DNA of 64,000 bases from assembly GCA_029953675.1 (NCBI GenBank), contig JAMWBK010000008.1, forward strand, positions 1,984,001-2,048,000, given 5' to 3'. This stretch comes from Rhodosorus marinus CCMP1338. Taxonomy: Eukaryota; Plantae; Rhodophyta. Below the pieces are notes generated by a model, which saw only the letters and a program-made list of their open reading frames with translations, ran no database searches and was not told the origin of the DNA. A program made the position numbers and the translations under genes. Positions 54,409 through 64,000 of the stretch are shown here, piece after piece; the stretch's first letter is position 1; each line of letters starts with the position of its first letter.

Positions 54409-55428
54409 ATGGATGCAACCGTAGCGAACAATATACAAACGTCAGGGCTACTAGTAGTGATTTTGGGTTTGTGTGAGGCTCTCATAACGTGGGTAAAAGG
54501 ATGCAGCATGTCACAACCACCTTTACTATTGGCGTTGTTTGGTATAGAGTCGCTACTTGGCGTCTTGGTGGCTGGATTCACCATAGTATCTGTTCTTGAC
54601 AATTTTGCCAACTCGGAGATTGCCATAGCTGTTAGCGTAGGCATGGGTTTAATTGAGGGCTACGCTATTCTCTATGAAGCCTGGTTAATATGGGTTTACC
54701 TGGAGCTTCACAAAGCCAAGGAGGTTCTACTGAGGGAGCTTGGGCTACAAGAGGTACCTAAGTGCATACTTATAAGGTGGCTAGACAATACTAGCATACT
54801 GGTTGGAATAATCGTAGTCTATTTGCCAGTAATTGTCATGGCTGTCACGACATACGTCTTAGGTCCAACCACCTTTAGCAACTTTATAACTGAGAGGTGG
54901 GCATTGGCTTATACATGGATATTTTGCACACTTAGTCAGGTGTTGTTATTGGCCTTTATAAGGCATTTTTTCCCGATAGACGCTGGTGAGCAGAATTCAA
55001 AGGAGGACATCGTCATTGAACAATTCAACGAGGCGATGTCCAAAGATCGACTAAGGGTTGCGTTTAACAACGCTGACGGAGCCCGACTTAGGATGGCCGT
55101 TGATGCCATAGTTAAGGCACGCATCGACATTATAGGGGTTACGTTAGGGGACTTGATCGCGTTCTATACGCTGATGGCAATTGTAGCTTATGCTTGGGCA
55201 ATATATGAGCTGGTGGTAGCTTCTACATTTAGAATGCGAAGCTGGGGGTATATAACCATCTTCGTTGCCGCGAGCACTGCTGCGCAGACTTGCATAAATA
55301 TTAACACGGCCATCCATATCACTTTGAGCAGGGCGATAGTAAGGCGCACAGATGAAGGTGGAGAAGCTAGGGAAGTAATCGGTTGTACTTTCAGAAATGT
55401 TTACAATGCACTCTGCGGACCTTTCTAA
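54409..55428 (+). CDS. Orphan multi-pass (~7 TM) membrane protein, 339 aa
   Basis: Intact ORF with about 7 hydrophobic segments and longer polar loops after TM3 and TM5. The start TTG is from the ORF track and the first ATG may be 54532. No family recognised. Confidence 0.72.
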   Translation: MDATVANNIQTSGLLVVILGLCEALITWVKGCSMSQPPLLLALFGIESLLGVLVAGFTIVSVLDNFANSEIAIAVSVGMGLIEGYAILYEAWLIWVYLELHKAKEVLLRELGLQEVPKCILIRWLDNTSILVGIIVVYLPVIVMAVTTYVLGPTTFSNFITERWALAYTWIFCTLSQVLLLAFIRHFFPIDAGEQNSKEDIVIEQFNEAMSKDRLRVAFNNADGARLRMAVDAIVKARIDIIGVTLGDLIAFYTLMAIVAYAWAIYELVVASTFRMRSWGYITIFVAASTAAQTCININTAIHITLSRAIVRRTDEGGEAREVIGCTFRNVYNALCGPF

Positions 55429-55565
55429 ATCGTTTGAAGTGCCTCGGAACAGTGCACACTGGAAGGAGCTGGTGTGTTGAACCGATTGAGCTCGTAACTG
55501 ACGTAATTGAGAACTATGCGAATAATTAAAAAAAAGATAAACCAGTGCACATGAGAAGTTCTGCT

Positions 55566-57910
55566 ATTCGTGAGGGTGTCTGGTGCTAGGATTCGATGGT
55601 TTTGAGTGACAAGTGGGTTCTTCGGTGGGAGGCGCTTCTCTCTGCTGCCCTTCCCCCCGTGGTTTCGGGTTTTGTGGTTGGTAGTCGGGTCATTTACCTC
55701 GTGGTTGTTTGGTCGAGACTGCGATTCTTGTCCTGTGGAGTTGGGTGGAATGTGTTTTCGGCGGGGGGTATGGTGGTGAAAGTATCTTCACTAAATTCTT
55801 TCGTGATTGTAGGGGTTTCCCTCGGGAGTGGAGCTCCGTGGTTACGAGGTGTCCCTGGGGGTTGCGCACTGTGTGTGCCGAAGTTTGGGCCCCTTCTCTA
55901 TGCAGGTGAAGCTTCCGGGTGCCACTGGTACGTAGTTGCGAGCCCTCATGTCAGTAGTCACCAGCTTAATCACCGCTGCTGCGGGCAAGGGCGTCCTCCC
56001 GCAGCTGACTCAACGCCTTGCTTTGTTGGAATCCTAATGGCGCAGGCTCTGAAATATGACACGGTGGCCACGTTGGCTACGCGGCCCTCAGGCAGTCAAT
56101 ATCAAGGGATCCAGTCACTCCGCACCTGTCCTGGGACAGGCGCGGGCTGCTCAGCCAGCTCCGGACAGTGCTACCATTTCTATACTCGTGCCGTCAGGGG
56201 CGAGACGGTTCCAGCCCGGGTCCGACGCAAGGATGGTTCCAACGACGCCAAGTAGCTTTGCTGCAACACCTCGAATTCCCCTTTCAGGAACATTGCCAGC
56301 CGATCTCGGACACGCCATCTGGCTCCGGCGTGTGATTGGGGCCAGAATCAGGCGCGGCATGACCCCCAGAAATTCCCACATGACGGTGTCCCGAAGGTTT
56401 CCGGCCAGGCTCGTCAAGATGAAGTCCAGGATGGTCCCAGCCACTAAGAGCTCGCCGCGAGGTAGGACGACAGGCGGAATTCTGCCACGGAGGGAAAGCA
56501 AGCCTCCTTCCAAAGAGATCCAAGGCCAGAGCCAACTTCGTAAACGCGTACGCCAAACGCCCCCCCCCAGTCTCCACCCTCCTTCACGATATAAGACTGC
56601 AAATCCATCGGCTGCGACCTCGCAGCCGTGCCCGGGGAGCTAATCGTGCTTCTCCCCCTTAGACCCGGGGGAGTCGGTCCTCGCACGTTTTCCGCCTAAC
56701 CTCACCAGAGTGCTCAGCCGCCCACTCCGCGAGGCTCGCGGGATAACTCCCTCGGGCTTCAACAAAGTAACAGGGGCGTTCTCCAACGCGATGCCCTCAT
56801 TCTGCTCCCCTTCCTCACCACTCTCACAGGAAGTGGTGTTGGTAGCAGAGTCCTCTAATACCTCCAACCTCTGTAACTCCGTCGTGTGAGTCGAGGTCAG
56901 CACAAGGCGCCTCTCCCGGTCGAAAAGGACAGAGACGGCTGCACGCAGATGGCGTGGCCCCGAGCCGAAACGCTCCAAAAGTACACGCTCAATGCGGTGA
57001 ATGCGTAGCCCATGGATGGCTGCGGCTTTCATACTGGTCTCATGCTGAGAGAGTCCTGCCATTTCTCCGAGAGACAGGAAGATGCCCGAGAAACGGTCCA
57101 AGTCAAAGTGGACGTCGCGATTACATGCCCTGTGGCGAGCGCCCACCTCACGGCTGCCGCCCGCCGCTGAGGGGCAGCCGCTTCGGCCCTTCGATGAGTG
57201 AAGGAACAACGGTATGCTGAGAGCATGGCCAGCCTGCCTTACGCCGAGGGTCGTTCCCACCGCTTCCAGCCTTTCATTGTGGAAAGTTTTGGTCATGTGG
57301 ATAAGTCGGGTTTAGAGTGGTTGCGGAAATGTTTCGCTGAGCATCCTACTGAGTACTTGGCGCTTTTACGGCGTTTGAGTGCCGCCCTGTGGCGATATTC
57401 TAGCAGCATGCTTGCCGAGGCGCGCCATCGGCGCCTGGGTTTGCACGCTTCCCTTCCTAGTTCTTAGTTCCTTTTCACGCCTTGCGTAGCGCTTCAGGCT
57501 ATGCTAGTAAAGTCCAGTGAAGTCCAGTAAAGCCCAGTAAAGTCCAGTCAAAGTGCAGAACGACCTGGGGATGAGACCGCAACCAGCGGGCTCTCTCAGG
57601 CCATTGCTCGGTAGGCCTGACCAGTAGGGCCTGCAGGTATGTGACCGCTGTTGCGGTGACCACGAAAAGGACATCCAGGCCCTCGTAGTTCGCAAAACGC
57701 TACCTGGCTAAAACGTTACTAGCATAGCCTGAAGCTCTACGCAAGGCGTGAAAATGGAACTAAGAACTAGTGAGGGAAGCGTGCAAACCCAGGCGGCAAC
57801 GGCGCGCGTCGGCAAGCATGCTGCTAGAATATCGCCACAGGGCACCGTAAACGCGCCAACTAGTCAGTAAGATGCTCAGCGAAACATTTCCGCAACCTCC
57901 TGGCGCATGC
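55566..57910. mobile_element. Patchwork of lineage A pieces in both orientations
   Basis: A 5' end (+, 55566-56185), ORF1/ORF2 junction (-, 56190-57110 continuing 57546-57700), nested RLE plus tail (+), and a 3' end (-, ~57715-57890). Confidence 0.88.
57111..57545 (+). mobile_element. 5'-truncated A inserted antisense into another A ORF1, 10-bp TSD
   Basis: AGTCAAAGTG at 57101-57110 and 57546-57555. Removing the insert restores VLHFDLDRF on the minus strand. Confidence 0.92.
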
Positions 57911-60900
57911 TCTAAAATCTGACACGGTGGTCACGTTGGCTACGCGGCCCCCAGGCAGTCAATATCAAGGGGTCAGTCACTCTGCGACTGTCCCAGAACA
58001 GGCGCGGGCGGACTGCTGAGCCGGCTCCGGACAGCGTTGGTGGTCCCTCGGCTGGCGCTTCTCCGGAGAGGGGTGCAACTATCTCCACTCCTTCGCACGT
58101 CCCCTCAACGGGAGCGGACTTTCCTGTCCTGGGCCAGCTCCCTGGTGGGGGACAGCTCCAGGCCAAAGCGGGGACACGGGGTGGCCCTAGGGAGGGCCCG
58201 TTGTACGCCTTGGTTTTACGGAAGGGTACCACAGCCGCACGTACGGCGGCTATGATAAGATTTTTGCCCTCTCGCGAGCAGCATGGCGGACCTGAAGCGA
58301 CTACTTTGCAATTCGTCTGGGTGCGCTGCATCCGGTCCCAGACTACACGAGGCCAGCTCCCGTACATGCGCGGTTTTCGGAATACTTTTGCGGAGTCCTT
58401 GTCCTTAGCCACGACGACTTCATTCCTGCAAACCACGAGGGCCGGGATGTCCTTTTCGTGGTCACCGCAACAGCGGCCACGTATCTGCAGGCCCTACTGG
58501 CCAAGCCTACTGATCAATGGCCTGAGAGTGCCAGCTGGTTGCGGTCTAATCCCCAGGTTGGTCTCTACTTTGATTTTGACCCTTTTTTGGGCTCCTTCTT
58601 GTATCCCGGAGAAACGGCAGGACTCTCTCAGCATGAGACCAGTGTGAAAGCCGCAGCCATCCATTGGCTACGCATTCACCGCATTGAGCGGATACTTTTG
58701 GAGCGTTTCGCCTCGGGGCCACGCCACCTGCGTGCAGCCGTCTCTGCCCTTTTCGACCAGGAGAGGCGCCTTGTGCTGACCTCGACTCACACGACGGAGT
58801 TGCAGAGGTTGGGGGTATTAGAGGACTCTGCTACCAGCACCACTTCCTGTGAGAGTGGTGAGGAAGAGGAGCAGAACGAGGGCATGTCGGTGGAGAACGC
58901 CCCTATTACTTTATTGAAGCCCGAGGGAGTTATCCCGCGAGCCTCGCGGAGTGGGGACTGAGCACTCTGGTGAGGTTAGGCGGAAAACGTGCGAGGACCG
59001 ACTCCCCCGGGTCTAAGGGGGAGAAGCACGATTAGCTCCCCGGGCACGGCTGCGAGGTCGCAGCCGATGGATTTGCAGTCTTATGTCGTGAAGGAGGGTG
59101 GAGACTGGGGCGTTTGGCGTACGCGTTTACGAAGTTGGGTCCGGCGTTGGATTTCTTTGAGAGCAGGCTTGCTTCGCCTCCGTGGCAGAATCCCGCCTGT
59201 CGTCCTACCTCGCGGCGAGCTCTTAGTGGCTGGGACCATCCTGGACTTCATCTTCACGAGCCTGGCGAGTAGCCTTTGGGAAAACGTCATGTGGGAATTT
59301 CTGGGGGTCAAGCCGCGCCTGATTCTGGCCCCAACTCACACGCCGGAGCCAGATGGCGTGTCCGAGATCGGCTGGCAATGTTCCTGAAAGGGGAATTCGA
59401 GGTGTTGCAGCAAAGCTACTTGGCGTCGTTGGAACCATCCTCGCGTCGGACCCGGGCTGGAACCGTCTCGCCCCTGACGGCACGAGTACATAAAAGGTAG
59501 CGCTGGGCGACTTGAGTGGAGCGGCGCGAGTTCTCCAGGGCCAGGCGCCTGTCCTCCCCTACGAAGAAAGTCCAGTACAGACGATGTCACCTCTGTTCCC
59601 CTCGACCGACGTGGACTTGCTACCCGAATTCGAGGCATTCTTGGACCGTCCGGAGTTGGCCCGGTTTCAAATCGAACTGAGTCTCAAGGAGTCTGCTCTG
59701 GAGAACTTGCTTCGTACCTCGCGTCGCGGACGCTGTCCTCGATTCTCAGGGCTTCGAATCGAATTATTGCAGGCCTTGGGCAAGCCTGGCCGGAGCGCGC
59801 TGCTCAAGATCCTGAATAAACTGTTTCAGGGCGCATCGGGTGCGTCTGCCCCATGGGAGCATCTCCGAAGGGCACAACGCCGCAGCCATCCATTGGCTAC
59901 ACCTTCCCCGCATTGAGCGTATACTTTTGGAGCGTTTTGCGTCGGGGCCACGCCGCCAGCGTGCAGCCGTCTCTACCCTTTTCGACCGGGAGAGGCGCCT
60001 TGTGCTGACCTCGACTCACACGACGGAGTTGCAGAGGTTGGGGGTATTAGAGGACTCTGCTACTTCCTGTGAGAGTGGTGAGGAAGGGGAGCAGAATGAG
60101 GGCATGTCGGTGGAGAACGCCCCTATTACTTTATTGAAGCCCGAGGGAGCCATCCCGCGAGCCTCGCGGAATGGGCGGCTGACCACTCTAGCGAGGTTAG
60201 GCGGAAAACGTGCGAGGACCGACTCCCCCGGGTCTAAGGGGGAGAAGCACGATTAGCTCCCCGGGTACGGCTGCGAGGTCGCAGCCGATGGATTTGCAGT
60301 CTTATGTCATGAAGGAGGGCGGAGACTGGGGCATTTGACGTACGCGTTTACGAAGTTGGCTCTGGGGTTGGATCTCTTTGGAAGGAGGCTTACGTCCCCT
60401 CCGTGGCAGAATTCCACCTGTCGTCCTACCCCGCGGTGAGCTCTTAGTGAATGGGACCATCCTGGACTTCATCTTCGCGAGCCTGGCGAGTAACCTGCGG
60501 GACACCGTCATGTGGGAATTTCTGGGGGTCATGCCGCTGCTGATTCTGGCCCCAACTCACACGCCGGAGCGCGGATGGCCGGGATCGGCTTGCCATGTTC
60601 CTGAAAGGGGACTTCGAGGTGTTGCAGGAAAGCTACTTGGCGTCGTTGGAACCATCCGTTCGTCGGACCCAGACTGGAACCGTCTCGCCCCTGACGGCTC
60701 GAGTACAGAAATTGGTTGCGGTGGGCAACTTGAGTCGAGCGGTGCGAGTTCTGGAGGGCCAGTTGCCTGTCCTCCCCTGCGAAGAAAGTCTCGCCCCGAC
60801 GGTGTCATCTCTGTTCCCCTCGACCGACGTGGACTTGCTACCCGAATTCGAGGCATTCTGGACCGTCCGGAGTTGGCCCGGTTTCAAATCGACCTGAGTC

Positions 60901-63336
60901 TCAACGAGTCTGATCTAGAGGATCTGCTTCGCACCTCGCGTCGTGGACGCTTTCCTGCACCCTCAGAGCTTCGAACCGAATTATTGCAGGCCTTGGGAAG
61001 GCCTGCCCAGAGCGCGCTGCTCAAGATCCTGAACAAACTGTTCCAGGGCACATCGGGTGCGTCCGCCCCCCCATGGGAACATCTCCGAAGGGCACAACTT
61101 TGCTTGCTCACGAAGTCTGGCTATCAGCCGGCCCACCCGCGTCTCCGGCCGATCGGTAAAGTCGAGATTCTACGGAAGCTAGCCGGAAGGTGGCTATGCC
61201 AGCGCCTTCGCCAGCGGGTCACAGCTTTTATGACGCCCTTGCAAGTGGGGGTGGGATCTTCGGGAGGTTGCGAATTGATCACCCATGGGATCGAGCTGGA
61301 GCCTGCCTGTAGGCCGGAGTGGGGAGTTTGGGTGGTTGATTTTCGAAACGTATTCAACAGCGTCTCGCGGACGCATGCGTTGGAGGTCATCCGGCGGGTT
61401 TTTACGGAGGCGTGGCCCTTCCTCTCTGGTCTTTACGGAAGGAGGAGCCTCCCCTACTGGGCCAGGGAGGGCACTGTTTTCCACATTCATACTGGAGTCC
61501 AACAAGGCGATCCTTTTAGGCTTCTAATTCATGCCTGTGCTTTTCATCTCGTTCTTTTGCATCTCGTTCTCCTGCGTCTCGCGACTGAGGTGCCGGCGCT
61601 TCGTATCTACGCCTATCACGACCACGTGACCTTGCTGGGCGCCCCTGAAACCCTGGCTCGGGGGTTGACCCAGATCGAAACGATTGCATGTGGAGTAGGT
61701 CTGACGGTAGAATCAGAAAAGTGTCGTTTTCTCGCTCCAAGCGAAGTTTCGACGGCCTCTCTGCCATCTAATCTACGAATCAATGGCGAACGAGAAGGGT
61801 TGGAGCACCACGGCGTCGGAGCAACAACTTCGTCCAAGCCTCTTGCGAACGAGTTTTGACTCGGCACAAGCAGCTCATTGACGCCATTGAGCGCCTTCCA
61901 GACTTTGTATGCGGCAATCGGCGTGCTTGCTTTCCCGCTTTTGTGCCGGTCGCCGACTCAACTACTGGTTGCGTACCATACCACCCGACTGGGGTTTGTG
62001 GATCGCCGCCAAGGCCGACGAGATGACGCTGCAGCGCTGCACCAGGGGCACACTCTTGGATGAACCCCTCGATCTTGAAGCGGCTCCCGACAGGGATTTA
62101 GTTCGTGCCCAGCTCGCTCTACCGTTGCGATTAGGGGGATTTGGCGTCGCAGACCGTGGGCTCGTCTGCTGGCCTGCGGCGATCGCCTCCCGGGCAACCG
62201 CGCTCCGTACCTTGGGGGGGTGACTTTCCGGATACAAAGTGCCTGCCTTTTGGCTCGATCACTGACTAACGAGGACCCAGTGACCCTTCCGCCCCAGTTT
62301 TTGACGATCTATGATGGTCTACAACACACGTTCTGGAAGTGCAACGCCGTGCCGGACGAGAATCGATCCCGTTTTCGCTCCTGGCGGGAACTTCTATGGG
62401 GACGAACTGAGGCGATTGAGGACTTTCCCATCGACAGAGTTCTTGCCGAGGAAGGAGAAGCTAGCCCCGGGTCACCTGTTGCAGATTACCCAGGTCTGAG
62501 CCGATTGTGGAGCTCCCGCACTGATGTAGTTCAACATAGCCTCACCTGGGGCCAACACAGTGCCGCTCACGCAATCTTGCTCAACTCTCCGCTCACACCG
62601 CCTACCATCGCCGCTCGCCTCCGCGGAATGGGAGGCCATCTCTTGCACCTGTGGTTAACCACTTTGCCTTCGTCGCCGGGTCACCGGCTCGATGATTTCC
62701 AGTTCCGCTCCGCCGCACGGATTTACGCAGATTTGGAACAAGCACCGTGGCAATCTAATCGGCCGTCTTTCTGTTAAGGATGTGAGAGCCGGGTTGACGC
62801 TTGTGGCTACCCCTTCTTGGGTTCATACGGACTGTTGCGAGGTCTCCGTACGAGGCGCCACACTCGTCTGAAGTACATCCTAAGCGAATGTTTAACTCGG
62901 GTAGGGCATACGGTTGAGGTGGAATCGGAACTACCCAGATCGGTCTCGGACACGGCGCCGGCCCGCTGCCTCGCAGATCTCCTCGTCTCAGACCCTGCCG
63001 CCCGACGCTCAGCATAGGTTGACCTCGCGCTTACATGGACTGGACTGGACTTTACTAGCATACCCTGCGGCCAGAGCCCATTTCACTGCTGCCGCCCGCC
63101 GCCGAGGGGCAGCCGCTTCGGCCTTCCGACGAGTGAAGGAACGACCGTATGCTGAGAATATGGCCAATACGTTTTACGCCGAGGGTCGTTCCCACCGGTT
63201 CCACCTTGTCATTGTGGAAAGCATTGATCAAGTGGATAAGTCGGGTTTGGAGTGGTTGCGGGAAGGTTTCGCTGAGCATCCTACTGAGTACTTGGCGCTT
63301 TTACGGCGTTTGAGTGCCGCCCTGTGGCGATATTCT
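57911..63336 (+). mobile_element. Decayed lineage A element(s) with a repeated ORF1/ORF2 junction
   Basis: The ORF1 core and junction occur at ~58260-59070 and the ORF1 C-terminus and junction again at ~59880-60290. RT motifs VDFRNVFN, GVQQGDP, YAYHDHV, LPLRLGGFG and the RLE follow. Confidence 0.9.
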
Positions 63337-63354
63337 GGACTAGACGTTGCTGGA

Positions 63355-64000
63355 CATTACTAGCATAGCCTGAAGCGCTACGCAAGGCGTGAAGATGAAC
63401 TAATAACTAGGGAGGGAAGCATGCAACCCCAGGCGCCGATGGCGCCCCTCGGAAAGCATGTGGCTGGAATATCGCCAAAGGGAGACACTTAAACACCTCA
63501 AGAGCGCCAAATATTCAGTAGGATGCTCAGCAAAACATTTCCGCAACCACTCTAAACCCGACTTATCGACGTGACCAAAGCTTTCCACAATGAATGGCTG
63601 GAACCGGTGAGAGCGACCCTCAGCGTAAGGCAGACTGGCCATGCTCTCAGCATACCGTCGTTCCTTAACTCTTCGAAGGGCTGAAGCCGCGGCCCCCCGG
63701 CGGCGGGCGGCTGCGGTGAGGTGGGCGCTGGCCACGGGGCAGGTAATCGCAAGGTCCACATATGTTGAGCGTCTGGCAGCAGCGTCGGAGACGAGGAGAT
63801 CGGCTATACAACGGGGCGGTGCAGAGTCCGAGATTGATCTGGGCAGTTCCGACTCAACCTCAACCGTATGCCCTATCCGAGTCAAAATTCGCTGAGGATG
63901 TACTTGAGGCGAGTGTGACGCCTCGTACGGAGACCTCTCAACAGTCCGCAGGAACCCAGGAAGTGGTAGCCACAAGCGTCAATCCGGCTCTCACATCCCT
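63355..64000 (-). mobile_element. Lineage A 3' part, tail-to-tail with the preceding copy, runs off the window
   Basis: RCIADLLVSDAAARRSTYVDLAIT...LGLHASLPSY* and the 3' UTR stem-loop. Confidence 0.92.

Noticed and set aside
1-64000. rRNA, U2 or spliced-leader target genes typical of R2, Utopia, SLACS or NeSL; tRNA genes
   Set aside because: None was recognisable at the insertion junctions or elsewhere by eye. Infernal and tRNAscan-SE were not run.
1-64000. Prokaryotic origin, or frameshifts being mainly sequencing error
   Set aside because: Copia, gypsy and non-LTR elements indicate a eukaryote. Three host ORFs (one 3.3 kb) are indel-free, so most TE lesions are probably real decay.

Overview
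This looks like a eukaryotic, transposon-saturated window, probably algal or protist. The host assignment is inference only. Most of 13-64 kb is a nested patchwork of restriction-like-endonuclease (RLE) non-LTR retrotransposons with CRE-type RT motifs, from at least three lineages that I call A, B and C. A and B are both bicistronic. They share a homologous ORF1 with an RRM-like core upstream of an RT-CCHC-RLE ORF2 that has a YHDD active site. A ends in a 7-bp stem-loop plus (TAAAGYCCAG)n repeats and repeatedly sits head-to-tail behind such repeats. B ends in (TTCA/TTCG)n and leaves 9-12 bp target-site duplications (TSDs). One B copy (22312-26630) is one base short of an intact ORF2. Ty3/gypsy and Ty1/copia relics are also present, two of them with fold-back inversions. 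Three intact, apparently intronless host-type ORFs survive: a 1095-aa secreted bacterial-style glucose/sorbosone-dehydrogenase-like multidomain protein (horizontal-transfer candidate), a 329-aa secreted Cys-rich protein with RTX-like repeats, and a 339-aa orphan of about 7 TM helices. No rRNA, tRNA or CRISPR array was recognised. Coordinates of decayed fragments are approximate, and all domain calls are by eye without database searches.
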